Positions 1-10,082 of a DNA stretch of 64,000 nt are shown here, piece after piece. The DNA lies in the sequence record NZ_CP023526.1; one strand, written 5' to 3'. Numbering within the stretch: position 1 is the stretch's first letter; each line of letters begins with the position of its first letter. Under the pieces are notes generated by a model. It did not search any database and had not been told where the DNA came from. It worked only from the letters and a program-made list of their open reading frames with translations. The position numbers and the translations under genes are program-made. The stretch comes from a plasmid.

Positions 1-1
1 C

Positions 2-1045
2 CCGTTCTTTCTTCTGGCGCCGGACTGGGCAATGATCCCGCTGCTCCTGGTTGCCACACTGGCGACCGTCATTGCTTCACAGGCAGTTATCTCCGGTGTT
101 TTCTCTCTCACCCGGCAGGCCGTTCGTCAGGGGTATCTGCCTCCTATGCGTATCATTTATACCTCGGATGTAGAATCCGGACAGATTTATGTGCCGCTGG
201 TAAACTGGTTGCTCTATGTGGCTGTGGTGATCGTCATCGTCAGCTTTAAAAGCTCAAGCAGTCTGGCCTCCGCATACGGCATCGTGGTTACCGGTACGAT
301 GGTGCTGACAGCAGTTCTACTCAGCATTGTGCTGGTGAAAAACTGGGGCTGGAAGCGTCGCTGGGGGGGGATGATGCTCGTTGCCATGTTGGTGGTTGAT
401 CTGCCACTGTTTGCTGCGAACCTTTCCAAGTTGTTCAGTGGGGGCTGGTTACCTGTGGTGCTCGGCCTGGCGATACTCCTTATCATGCTTACGTGGAATA
501 CAGAACGCCAGCGCTTGCTTGGGCGTCTGCGCGATAATCCCGAAGCCCTGCAGGCCATGATTGGCTCCCTCGAACAGTCAGAGTCCCTGCGCGTCAGGGG
601 GACCGCGGTCTATATGGAGCGATCACAGACAGCTCTGCCGCTTGCATTGATACATAATCTTAAACATAACAAGGTGCTGCATGAGCGGGTGATCCTGCTT
701 AATGTGACCACGGCCGATGTGCCTTACTGGCACAATGTGCAACGTGTAACCATCACGCAATTGTCACCTACCTTCTGGCGTGTGGCGGCATGCTACGGCT
801 GGCGAGAAACGCCAAATGTGACGGATATTCTCTATCGTTGTGGCATGGAGGGACTTCGTGTCACGATGGAAGAAGCCTCGTTCTTCCTATCCAGAGATAC
901 GCTATTGCTGGGCGACCGACCTTGGTATTTGAAATGGCGAGGGTGGATGTTCCAGATCCTGCAACGCAATGCTCTACGTGCACCTGAACTCTTCCAGATC
1001 CCCGCTAATCGAGTGATTGAGTTGGGTTCCCAGGTTCGGTTCTGA
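2..1045 (+). CDS. kup: Kup low-affinity K+ uptake transporter, C-terminal ~345 aa. The gene continues upstream of the window.
   Basis: Translation matches the conserved C-terminal half of E. coli Kup ([30 protein letters not shown]). The reading frame is open back to base 2. Confidence 0.9.
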   Translation, partial: PFFLLAPDWAMIPLLLVATLATVIASQAVISGVFSLTRQAVRQGYLPPMRIIYTSDVESGQIYVPLVNWLLYVAVVIVIVSFKSSSSLASAYGIVVTGTMVLTAVLLSIVLVKNWGWKRRWGGMMLVAMLVVDLPLFAANLSKLFSGGWLPVVLGLAILLIMLTWNTERQRLLGRLRDNPEALQAMIGSLEQSESLRVRGTAVYMERSQTALPLALIHNLKHNKVLHERVILLNVTTADVPYWHNVQRVTITQLSPTFWRVAACYGWRETPNVTDILYRCGMEGLRVTMEEASFFLSRDTLLLGDRPWYLKWRGWMFQILQRNALRAPELFQIPANRVIELGSQVRF

Positions 1046-1250
1046 TGGGCGTGAATGGAATGGACGCCCCCAATTAAGTGGCAGCTGTGTGTCAGAATGA
1101 AAGTGGGTCTTCCGCAACTTGGGTGGAGATTTTCATGCCAGAGGACTCATCACCCGTCATGACTGGTGAACTAAAGGCGCTGAAATCGCATAATGAACAG
1201 TTGGCTGCGTTGCTGGCCGGAAAAACAGAACCAGTTAAGGGAGATAAAAA

Positions 1251-1835
1251 ATGACTAAAGAAGATGACCAGAAAAACTGCCCGGAGTGCGACGAAGAGGG
1301 GCGGAACATGATGCTCAGTCTTGAAGACATATTCGGCGACAGCATTAGAGAGATGCGGGAGCGAGATAAAGAGTTTTTACCGAAAACAGAATGGTTCTCC
1401 AGAATTGAGACTGACCTGGACACCTTTATGCAGACCTATATGACGAAGTATCCCTTTACGTCCTTTGAAGCGATCCCACGGGACGAGTCGGGACTGACGT
1501 TTCCGGCCTTTGAGGATTTGCAGTTTTATTTGCCACAACTGCTTCGTCATCAGCCAGTGAAGATTGTTGAGGTCGACGGACTGGCCTTTCTCAGCGTTCT
1601 TGGTGATGGTGCATTTTGCATCGATCCGCGCCGGTGGCACAGGATCAAAACCTACATTGCGAAAGGCACTGTTGAATACCCGCAGGTATCAGTCATGCAC
1701 TCTGGCGTATCGGACGGCCGCCATCGCACGTTGTTGCTCATGCAGCTGTACAACCGCAGAACAATCCCGGTTGTAGTCCCTGAAAGTCACTACGAGACGT
1801 TTATGGCTGAGGCGAAAAACAATGGTGCGGTTTAA
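1251..1835 (+). CDS. Hypothetical protein (194 aa), acidic N-terminus with a CPEC motif.
   Basis: Clean ORF with an AG-rich RBS upstream. No family recognised. Confidence 0.5.
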   Translation: MTKEDDQKNCPECDEEGRNMMLSLEDIFGDSIREMRERDKEFLPKTEWFSRIETDLDTFMQTYMTKYPFTSFEAIPRDESGLTFPAFEDLQFYLPQLLRHQPVKIVEVDGLAFLSVLGDGAFCIDPRRWHRIKTYIAKGTVEYPQVSVMHSGVSDGRHRTLLLMQLYNRRTIPVVVPESHYETFMAEAKNNGAV

Positions 1836-1839
1836 TTTT

Positions 1840-1900
1840 GGGGTCAGTTTGGATATAGAGAATTTTGTACGGTAAGCCTTTTTTGAACAGGCTTACCTAT
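1840..1900. repeat. Partial copy (left end) of a MITE-like repeat with a GGGGTCAGTTTGGATAT terminus and an internal hairpin (ggtaagcc...ggcttacc).
   Basis: Near-identical to the first ~60 bp of the full copy at 2888-3143. Confidence 0.7.
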
Positions 1901-1916
1901 TGCGATGTCCAGTCGA

Positions 1917-2549
1917 TTAACCAGCTGCACCCAACAAAGCCTGAATAGGCTTAAAATGATGAGTCGCAATGATATTCCTACTCTCCCAGCGGTCATGTGA
2001 AGCCTGCAGATTTATCCAAAAATCTTCGTCTGTCTGGAACAAAACGGCCAGCTGCGATGCTTCCGCTACACTCAGCCGGCGGCTGTTATTTACGATCTGC
2101 CCGATGACTTTACGGGACACGCCCATAACCAGCGCCAGTTCAGCCTGGGTGATATTCAGCGGCTTTAAAAACTCTTCAGAGAGCATTTCGCTTACAGTGG
2201 TAGGTTCTGCAACAGTCGTATCCATATCCCCCCCGTAACGGTATTTATGCGGATCGAGATAAATCTCGTAAGCGTGGCCGTCACGCCAGCGGAAAATCAA
2301 TCGCCACTGGAGACTAACCCGAATGCTTGACCAGCCTTCAAGGTTGCCACGCAAACGCTCATAGTTATTACTTGGCGGCGCAAACAGGGTTTTCTCACTG
2401 CTGGCCGCTTCAATAAGCGACAACTTACGACGAAGAGGCTTTTCAATCATGACCGGAATCCCTGCGCTTCTCTTCCCATTCAGATAGAACCGGGCAAGCT
2501 CACCATCCTGGCCGTCCTTAAAGCTACCAATCATCATTCGGCTCGTCAT
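1917..2549 (-). CDS. HigB-like RelE/ParE toxin fused in-frame to a HigA-like HTH (XRE) antitoxin, as a single 210-aa ORF.
   Basis: The N-terminal ~105 aa resemble HigB plasmid-killer proteins (RLRGNLEGWSSIRVSLQWRLIFRW...YLDPHKY). The C-terminal ~100 aa resemble HigA (LNITQAELALVMGVSRKVIGQIVNNSRRLSVAEASQLAVLF). No stop codon separates the two. Confidence 0.75.
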   Translation of the reverse strand: MTSRMMIGSFKDGQDGELARFYLNGKRSAGIPVMIEKPLRRKLSLIEAASSEKTLFAPPSNNYERLRGNLEGWSSIRVSLQWRLIFRWRDGHAYEIYLDPHKYRYGGDMDTTVAEPTTVSEMLSEEFLKPLNITQAELALVMGVSRKVIGQIVNNSRRLSVAEASQLAVLFQTDEDFWINLQASHDRWESRNIIATHHFKPIQALLGAAG

Positions 2550-2887
2550 GTTTGTGATGTGGTTATTATATCATCACCCAAGGCAATGCAACCAAAAAGG
2601 AACATGGTGTGCCAAAAAGGAACATAAAATAGATCCTATTGCGATCAAACGATCCTAAGAAGATCGCCCTGAAAGCCCTTCTTTCTGGCGTAAAACCTTC
2701 GTCCTTTCAGGCTACTCTGTTTTACGAAGTGGATTGGACACTTGCAGTCGATCATTTCTAACCTTCTCAGACGAGCTGTAAGCCATTTTGAGCACTTTTC
2801 TGCAGTAGTCGGTATCAAAACTTGCTTTGATAAGAGCGAAGCGGCTTAAGCTCGCGTAGCGAGTGAGAAATTATTTCCCTTTTCTTT

Positions 2888-3143
2888 GGGGTCAGTTTGG
2901 ATATAAAGAATTATTGTACGGTAGGCCTGTTTTTTGAACAGGTCAGGCCATCGCAGTAGGGTGTACTCCCGCGCTATATAGCGTCTGCTGTAGATTTTGT
3001 CTAATCGGACAACCTAAATGCGATACTGCAAGGACGATAACTTAATGGCAATAGCCACTGACGCCAAATCAATCCCTTACGTGTCATAGTTGGTTAAAAA
3101 ATACTCCTAACGTACAAAAATGTTCGATCTCCAAACTGACCCC
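2888..3143. mobile_element. MITE-like non-autonomous element, ~256 bp, with terminal inverted repeats GGGGTCAGTTTGGA...TCCAAACTGACCCC.
   Basis: Perfect 14-bp TIRs are seen directly. A partial copy lies at 1840 and a diverged full copy at 62860. There is an internal hairpin and no coding capacity. Confidence 0.7.
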
Positions 3144-3165
3144 TACCATAGCAAGTGGCAAAAAT

Positions 3166-3507
3166 ATGGCGGCTTGCCGCTTACAACCCCATGCACTGAG
3201 GAAACATGCTATCGGTCTTGTATCGACGCTGTCGTGGTTGCCGGATGACAGAGAATCAGTGCGAGCTTCCTTACCGATAGCCTTTTTGAGGCCGCCATTG
3301 GCGGGGGGCAGGCTTAGCTGCCAGGCTTTCTATGAAAGGTGTAAAGACATTCTGATGTCCTGGGCAATCCGGGGGGCACGTCACGACGCGGGTATGGGTC
3401 TTCTGGAAAACGGAGTGACAGCGCTTGTAGTTCTGGCTACCAGGGAAGGAACTGCCGCTGCCGTTGATGTCTTAAAAGTGCAGTTCCGGAAAATGTTGAC
3501 GGGCTGA
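3166..3507 (+). other. Uncharacterised 113-aa ORF, possibly a gene remnant.
   Basis: ORF only. The downstream 3.5-3.8 kb holds only short broken frames. Confidence 0.2.
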
Positions 3508-3820
3508 TGCCCCCACACCGTAAGTCCGTGGCCGTGTTGCAGCCCGCCTCGTCAGACGCATCAGTGAAGTCCGTCGCTACGCGGGTATCCCTTCATCTCG
3601 TATTGAACATGAGCTTGCACTGCTTGAACATAGTGCTGCACGTGTAATGATCCATGAGATGGCGGAAATCCTTGCGCCCGGGCAAATACAGCCGCAGTGA
3701 TCCGGAAGAGTAAACCAGGGGGGCCGGGCATGGCTGATACGAAGCCTGGCCCCGGAGGTCACTCTGGCTTCAACAAAGAAAATCATTGCCCTCGCTTTTC
3801 GGGGAAGGGCATATGTACGG

Positions 3821-5182
3821 TTACTTCACTTTTTCACCCATGATGTAGGTATGTTCTATGGTGCGATCGTCACCCATCATTTCAATTGCGAAGATTTTGC
3901 TTTCGACCGATTTGCTGTTCTCAGTTCTGATTTTCAACGCATTGTCACTCTGTGGATTGATAACGATGAAGTCGGCTTCTTTCCCTGGAGTGAAACTTCC
4001 AATTACGTGGTCAAGTGACAGGGCTCTTGCTCCTCCAAGGGTCGCCATATACCAGTTTTCCATCGGATCGAGAGGGTGGATATTTTCGGGTGTTTCTGTG
4101 AACGCTTTTCTTAACTGCGTCACGTTGTAGGCTCCCCCCATAACTTTAAGCATGGACAGACTGGTACCGCCCCCAACGTCAGTTCCCAGTCCTGTTTTAA
4201 CCTGATTTTTCTGGCTCTGTTCCAGATTGAATAACCCGCTCCCCAAAAACAGATTCGACAAGGGGCAGAACGCCACACTGCTGTGTAACGTTGCCAGTAT
4301 CTGAAAATCTGCATCAGAAACATGAACTGAATGGGCAAAAACAGACTTCGGCGTGACGAGACCATAATGTCTGTAAACATCCAGGTAACTTTTGCTCCAT
4401 GGGAACAAGGTTTTCACCCAGGAGACCTCCTGCCAGTTCTCTGCCAGATGGGTTTGCAACCAGACATCCGGGTATTCACGTAATAACCTGCCGGCTACCC
4501 GCAGTTCTGCCTCACTGGAAGTGGGCGCGAATCGTGGGGTAACGGCGTAACCCAGGCGTCCCTTATTTTTCCATTTCTCTATCAGCATTTTGCTCTGCTG
4601 GTAAGCCGTCTCTGGCGTGTCCAGTAGCGGGGCCGGCGCATTCCTGTCCATCAGCACTTTTCCGGAGATGAGACGCATATTTTTCCCAAGCGCTTTGCTG
4701 AACAGCGCATCCACAGAAACGGGATTGCTGGTGGCAAAGACCAGTGCTGTTGTAGTGCCATTGTTGATCAGTTCGTCGATAAATTTCCCGGCATAAATAG
4801 TGGCATGCTCCGGTGCACTGAATTTTATTTCGGTCGGGAAAACATAATCGTCCAGCCAGTCGAGGAGTTGTTTTCCATAAGAGGCTGTCATTTCGATTTG
4901 AGGAAAGTGTACGTGTGTGTCAACAAATCCGGGGGATATTATTTTCCCGCTATAATCAATAATCTGGTCAGGATGATATTTTGCCTGCATCGCAGTGGAT
5001 GAGCCGACATCAACAATATATCCGTCTTTTACCAGTAATAAGCCATTATGGATATAATGGCGGGACTGTATTTTCTCTTGAGGATCTCCCGTAAAGTGTA
5101 ATATATCGCCTTTATAACCCGTTAATGATGCATGGGTAATGAAAGGTGCAAGCAACAGGCTTGCAAAAAATGCGTGTTTCAT
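3821..5182 (-). CDS. Amidohydrolase-superfamily guanine-deaminase-like enzyme with an N-terminal signal-peptide-like extension.
   Basis: PGFVDTHVHFPQ metal-binding HxH motif and a GTDVGGG region typical of guanine deaminase. The N-terminus (MKHAFFASLLLAPFITHA) is signal-peptide-like. Confidence 0.7.
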   Translation of the reverse strand: MKHAFFASLLLAPFITHASLTGYKGDILHFTGDPQEKIQSRHYIHNGLLLVKDGYIVDVGSSTAMQAKYHPDQIIDYSGKIISPGFVDTHVHFPQIEMTASYGKQLLDWLDDYVFPTEIKFSAPEHATIYAGKFIDELINNGTTTALVFATSNPVSVDALFSKALGKNMRLISGKVLMDRNAPAPLLDTPETAYQQSKMLIEKWKNKGRLGYAVTPRFAPTSSEAELRVAGRLLREYPDVWLQTHLAENWQEVSWVKTLFPWSKSYLDVYRHYGLVTPKSVFAHSVHVSDADFQILATLHSSVAFCPLSNLFLGSGLFNLEQSQKNQVKTGLGTDVGGGTSLSMLKVMGGAYNVTQLRKAFTETPENIHPLDPMENWYMATLGGARALSLDHVIGSFTPGKEADFIVINPQSDNALKIRTENSKSVESKIFAIEMMGDDRTIEHTYIMGEKVK

Positions 5183-5259
5183 TTTAATCCTTAAGGTATG
5201 TAAATGGTCTGGTGAAACGAGCTTTGTGTTCGTCTGTCCAGACCATTTTTAAAAAGAGT

Positions 5260-6105
5260 TTATTGTCTGATCAAACGTGTTGTTGGCAGAATGCTTTCAA
5301 AATCACTTCGGAACGGGTTGATATCCAGCCCACCACGCCTTGTATAACGGGCAAAAACGCTAAGTTTTTGCGGGCGGCAATATTGTTTAATATCCATGAA
5401 AATCCGCTCAACACATTGCTCATGAAATTCATTGTGGTTACGGAATGAAATGATGTAGTGAAGAAGCCGCTTTGGATTGATTTTCTTTCCTTCGTATTTA
5501 ATGATAAGACTGCCCCAGTCAGGCTGGTTCGTGACAAGACAATTTGATTTAAGCAGGTTTGATGTGAGCATCTCTGAAACAGTAATGGCGTCATCAGTCA
5601 CAGCATTGTTCAGTATTTCAGGGCTGAACGAGTAATCCTTAACGTCAATATCTTCATGGTCGATATTGATTCCCGGTAAGGCCATGATGGTATGATTAAA
5701 CCCGATAAAATGGGGGTACAGCCTGACTTTTACTTCCCCTCCCGCAACCTGGCTAAGATCCTTTGTGAGTATGGCTGCAACAGCATCATGGCTTCTGATC
5801 TTTGTCTGGTTAAAACTGTTGAGATACAGCTTCAGCGATTTGGATTCTATCAATCCCGGCGTCGTGGCCGGGATTTCAAACTCTCCAATGGCAACAATAG
5901 GTTTACCTTTTTCATTGAGCCAGGAAATTTCATATGCTGTCCACAGATCAAAACCTGAAAAGGGGAGGTTGCCCTCACCGGTAATTCCAGCCTGTTTTCT
6001 GCCCAAAGAGCGTGGTAACGACTCCAGAATGGACGGCGAGTAAGTCTGTGGGGGCGCTATTTTTGAACCCAGCACACTTAGCGCATCTTCATCGTAATCA
6101 GGCAT
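5260..6105 (-). CDS. queF: NADPH-dependent 7-cyano-7-deazaguanine (preQ0) reductase QueF, bimodular type.
   Basis: Near full-length similarity to E. coli QueF/YqcD (ESKSLKLYLNSFNQT, LLKSNCLVTNQPDWGS, HNEFHEQCVERIF, YTRRGGLDINP). Confidence 0.9.
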   Translation of the reverse strand: MPDYDEDALSVLGSKIAPPQTYSPSILESLPRSLGRKQAGITGEGNLPFSGFDLWTAYEISWLNEKGKPIVAIGEFEIPATTPGLIESKSLKLYLNSFNQTKIRSHDAVAAILTKDLSQVAGGEVKVRLYPHFIGFNHTIMALPGINIDHEDIDVKDYSFSPEILNNAVTDDAITVSEMLTSNLLKSNCLVTNQPDWGSLIIKYEGKKINPKRLLHYIISFRNHNEFHEQCVERIFMDIKQYCRPQKLSVFARYTRRGGLDINPFRSDFESILPTTRLIRQ

Positions 6106-6114
6106 GTTAATTCC

Positions 6115-6984
6115 TTATTGATTTACTGTGTGAATAAATTTTCTGAATAACTTTCGTGTCCCATAGATAGGAAATACACCGGAGACAGCGTAGATAAGTT
6201 TAATAATAAATTGCGATACGATCATGGCTTTAATTGTTGGAAGGCTGAGTACACCATAAAAAGCAATGCTACAAAAAATGATACTATCGATGGCTGCCGC
6301 ACAAACTGAACTGATGATGACCCTGACAAAGAGATACCTGGAGTTGGTCAGGACTTTTATTTTGCACAGCAACCATGAGTTGATGTTTTCGGAAAGGAGA
6401 TAGGCCAGAGAGGATGCAAGCAGTACAGCAATAATATTGTGAATGAAGTACCGATAGGCCTGATCGTGAGGCCATTCTTTAAGGTCTGGTAAAAGTGTAG
6501 TCATCCACAACCCCCCCACGAAGAGGATGTTAGCAATAAATGATATGATAATAGTTCTTCGCGCCATCTTAAGCCCGTAAAACTCATTGAGTATATCCAC
6601 CAGGATGAATGTCAGTGGATAGAAAAAAATGGCCGGGGGAATAATAAGATTAAATGTGGACAGATGGACAGGCTTTACACCGCTGACAGTGGACAGAATG
6701 TAAATGACAGCCAGTGCTAAACTGATGGAGAAATATGCGTACCAGGAACGTTCATTTCGGTCGCTCATTTCATACTCAGTGGTTATGTTGTGGTGCATAT
6801 ACAGTTTTTTGTGTAGCGCTTTTATTTCATGAGGATTTAAATCATCTGAGATTTCTGAGTCGTCAAGCTCCTTCAGGGGCATGGCAATCACTTTCCCGGT
6901 CGACAGAACCAGCACTCTGGCAGTGATGATTTCGCCAAAGAGAAAGCCCAATAGTTTGTATTTAAGATTGTATTTCACTGACAT
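6115..6984 (-). CDS. YhhQ/COG1738-family queuosine-precursor (preQ0/preQ1) transporter with an ~80-aa N-terminal extension.
   Basis: Multi-TM protein with a FILVDILNEFYG motif typical of the YhhQ (DUF165) family. It sits immediately upstream of queF. Confidence 0.65.
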   Translation of the reverse strand: MSVKYNLKYKLLGFLFGEIITARVLVLSTGKVIAMPLKELDDSEISDDLNPHEIKALHKKLYMHHNITTEYEMSDRNERSWYAYFSISLALAVIYILSTVSGVKPVHLSTFNLIIPPAIFFYPLTFILVDILNEFYGLKMARRTIIISFIANILFVGGLWMTTLLPDLKEWPHDQAYRYFIHNIIAVLLASSLAYLLSENINSWLLCKIKVLTNSRYLFVRVIISSVCAAAIDSIIFCSIAFYGVLSLPTIKAMIVSQFIIKLIYAVSGVFPIYGTRKLFRKFIHTVNQ

Positions 6985-7589
6985 ATTTCCTCAATCAGGA
7001 CGCCTAACCAGACTTCCTGGTTGTCACAGTTGTTTTCTTCCGATGACGTTTCTCTGATTTTTAGCGTGTTGTTGTTATCCAGAAACAGCGAGGGCAGCAG
7101 GCTTCGTTTAAAGGGGGAACGATTCACGATGAGTAAGGTCCCCACATCAAAAGTCTCCCCCATCTCGGCATCAATCAGAAGCGCAATAAAATTTCCACCT
7201 GAACTGAAATACCAGGTAGTATCAAAAATCTGTATGAGCTGGCCTACAGTCTTTGAAAGTGTGTTGCGCAGGCAGGTCCCCGGAATAATCGGGAGCGCAA
7301 TCGGGTTCTTGTTCCCGTTGAATGCTAATGTCTCCTCCGTTTGTTTCATTTTACCCAGGTCAGTATTCTCGATGGTTTCGCAGGAGATGCCAAAAAAATC
7401 AGAAATCCGGGTGACCGTCGACTGTTGTACATGACTGACTTTGCCTTCCAGTATTTTATAAATTGTTGCGCGAGTCAGACCTGTTTTCTGGCTGAAGGAC
7501 GTTTTAGTTTCGCCATGCTCCTCTATCAGGAAATTTATATTTTTAGCAATATTGCTATTACGTTGCGCATTTGTGATCCTATTGCTCAT
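6975..7589 (-). CDS. XRE-family HTH transcriptional regulator with a C-terminal S24/cupin-like domain.
   Basis: N-terminal HTH (TKTSFSQKTGLTRATIYKILEGK). Overlaps the transporter start by 10 bp. Confidence 0.65.
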   Translation of the reverse strand: MSNRITNAQRNSNIAKNINFLIEEHGETKTSFSQKTGLTRATIYKILEGKVSHVQQSTVTRISDFFGISCETIENTDLGKMKQTEETLAFNGNKNPIALPIIPGTCLRNTLSKTVGQLIQIFDTTWYFSSGGNFIALLIDAEMGETFDVGTLLIVNRSPFKRSLLPSLFLDNNNTLKIRETSSEENNCDNQEVWLGVLIEEICQ

Positions 7590-7892
7590 GTTTAACCTGT
7601 TCGCTAGCGAGATTTGAGAGAAGGACTGTTACGGAAGCTACGTTTCACAGCGTAGTGGACCAATAACGATTTTCTAATCGATTGTGTGTTTTTGTTGTTT
7701 ATTTCGGATGTTTCTCTTGTTGTCCTAATTTTAAATAAAACATCAGGTTGATGAGTTGCTTTTATGGAAGGATTCAAATTAATGATCACATGTTAATTAT
7801 TGTGTTGATTTTAATCCGAGGGTGCGCTATTCCTGCTTAAGTTGAGGTGCATCCATCTCTGAAAGGAATGAATTAAAAACAAGGCGGGAATA

Positions 7893-8501
7893 ATGATGTC
7901 AGCGCATCAATCGTTATCGGAAATAAAAAAGAAAATTCTTATTTTCATGTTGACAGTCGAGCGTCATTTTCCAGGTTCTTTCCCGATAAGATATATTCAT
8001 AAATCGCTTGGTATTGACAGTGTTTATTATTCCTGTGGGCTGCTGGAGTCCGCAGGTTTGGTTTGCCTGCAGCGAAAGCCCAATCGCAGGGTCTTTATCG
8101 AGCTGACCGATGCCGGGCGTGCGATGGCGGCTTCGCTGATGCCTGTGGAATATTGTCAACATCGGGAGGCCGGGAACCGGATCTTACCTTCCCGCGCTCA
8201 GAGAAGAGAGATGCGGGACATTGAAATCGACATCAGAGGGCGGCCTTACATTGTCAGCCGGGCGGCATTTGTTATCCATCCCGATGGCACGACAAGCCTT
8301 GCCTTGTGGAGTAAAAATAAAGGTCAGGCCTGGCTGAACGGTAATGCCCGCCAGGTCAGTGAGTGGTACCAGGCCTGCTATGACGCCGGGTTGCCTGTCA
8401 GTGTGCAGGTTGAAGATGATCGGTGGATGGCCAGCCTGGACGACAGATTGCCACACCTTTCACGAGGGGAAGCCGTCGTTATTTTTCCCTCACCATGCTG
8501 A
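7893..8501 (+). CDS. Hypothetical protein with an N-terminal winged-helix-like region.
   Basis: 202-aa ORF divergent from the queF operon. No confident family. Confidence 0.45.
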   Translation: MMSAHQSLSEIKKKILIFMLTVERHFPGSFPIRYIHKSLGIDSVYYSCGLLESAGLVCLQRKPNRRVFIELTDAGRAMAASLMPVEYCQHREAGNRILPSRAQRREMRDIEIDIRGRPYIVSRAAFVIHPDGTTSLALWSKNKGQAWLNGNARQVSEWYQACYDAGLPVSVQVEDDRWMASLDDRLPHLSRGEAVVIFPSPC

Positions 8502-8689
8502 GTTAGGCGTGACCGGGCAGGCAGACCGGAAACAAAATGCCATTTTATCTCTGCATTTGAGGACATCCGAGGCCTTACACTGATACGCCTGAACATACGG
8601 CCATTATTGACTGGAAAGGGGAGCGCCTGCCAACCCTGAAAGCCGGTTGCTGTACCCGGCCTATAACCGGACCGCCAGGGATGAGGCTG

Positions 8690-9039
8690 AGCAGACGTAC
8701 CCCTTCAGCGTGGAATGCAAAACCTCCCATCAACGGGCATAGCCGGGGTTCGGGCGTCCCACCTGATCAGCAATCTGCGTATCACCGATAATCTTCGGCT
8801 GCTCAACACCCACCACTGGCCTCTGGCGCGTAGCGCACTGGACACGCTCAGCCATTTTCTCTGCAGCGGTTAAGTGAGCATCTCAAAGAGCTGGATAGTC
8901 AGTTCGTCGAACAGGAGAAAGAAATCCAGTACCAGCATCGTGAAAATGTGAACCGCCGGAGATTATCGGAGATACCCGGCTCTGGTCCGATAACGACAAG
9001 CGCTCTGATGGCGTGGAAAACCGATCCCGCATCTGCATA
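8690..9039 (+). pseudogene. IS110-family transposase remnant (C-terminal region).
   Basis: Frame translates to ...SEIPGSGPITTSALMAWKTDPAS, resembling the IS110-family C-terminal signature. The upstream part is broken by stops. Confidence 0.5.
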
Positions 9040-9257
9040 AGTGTCAATACGGTCTGTATATGACGCTTACGTTTCTCTGTGCCAACATGTTAAACGTATT
9101 CCGATTATTTGAAATAAGTGGCTATTTTACTGAATGGAAGGCTTTCCAATCTTCATCTTTGCAGCAGTGGCCTCTCAGTAGACCTCTTCCACTGGATGAC
9201 CAATAATGAGCCGTCATGTGTATTTAAAGACCAGACGCACTGAAACAGTGCGCAGAC

Positions 9258-10040
9258 CTAGTGAGCCGATTTTGCAACAGTGCAGCTGTGATCCTGTAGT
9301 TCTTCCGCCGTCGCGGGAGAACTTACGCTTCCCGGATTGACCAGAAGCAGAAATTCGTCCGACCGTGTGCGCGCAGGTACGACAGTCACTTCTGCGTACT
9401 TCATATTGCTCCGATATCGCTCATGTACCAGGTCGAAAATGTTCTCATTGAGAAAAGCCGTTGCACTGAGCTTCCTGATATCATAGAGAATGTCTCGATC
9501 ATTTTTATTTTTAAGCGGCTTGCTTTCCCATCCCCATCCCAGTTTTTCGATATCAAGGTCACTGAGGCTTTGTTGGGTTTTTGCCGCCAGGCAGGATATA
9601 TGAATATGCAAATGATTTTGTGTCCGGCTATTTACCGGATTGATGGTCAGGGCAATATCTTTCTCCGCCAGTTTTTTCCCTCGTTGTTTTAGTTGGTCAA
9701 AGACAAAACCACGTGATTGCCAGGCACTGTAAAACAAGCTACTCACCGGATGCGTGTAGGGACGACTAAGAACGCCTTTATCCTCAATACCTGTGACATT
9801 GTCCATCGGCAGCAGAAGAAACTGGTTATCACTGGCGGTTCTTGTTTTCAGAATGACATACCCGGCCTGATAGTCCATCAGGCTGCAGTCACCATAATTC
9901 CCCGCCTTTTTATACTGGTCCTCACAGCCCTGAAGTGCCTCATTCAGCTCATTGCCTGTGGCTGCCTGCAAGGCATGCGCGGACAAAATAGACGTACACA
10001 GCATACACATGAAAAATAGTCTTGATACAGAACCTGGCAT
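9258..10040 (-). CDS. cdh: CDP-diacylglycerol pyrophosphatase.
   Basis: Matches E. coli Cdh (RTQNHLHIHISC, AEELQDH.C) and has an N-terminal signal sequence. Confidence 0.85.
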   Translation of the reverse strand: MPGSVSRLFFMCMLCTSILSAHALQAATGNELNEALQGCEDQYKKAGNYGDCSLMDYQAGYVILKTRTASDNQFLLLPMDNVTGIEDKGVLSRPYTHPVSSLFYSAWQSRGFVFDQLKQRGKKLAEKDIALTINPVNSRTQNHLHIHISCLAAKTQQSLSDLDIEKLGWGWESKPLKNKNDRDILYDIRKLSATAFLNENIFDLVHERYRSNMKYAEVTVVPARTRSDEFLLLVNPGSVSSPATAEELQDHSCTVAKSAH

Positions 10041-10082
10041 ATCCTTTTCTCCTTGTTTTAATCCCGATAGTCTCTGTCGTTT

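Noticed and set aside
214-558. 114-aa minus-strand ORF inside kup
   Set aside because: Antisense to a well-supported conserved transporter gene.
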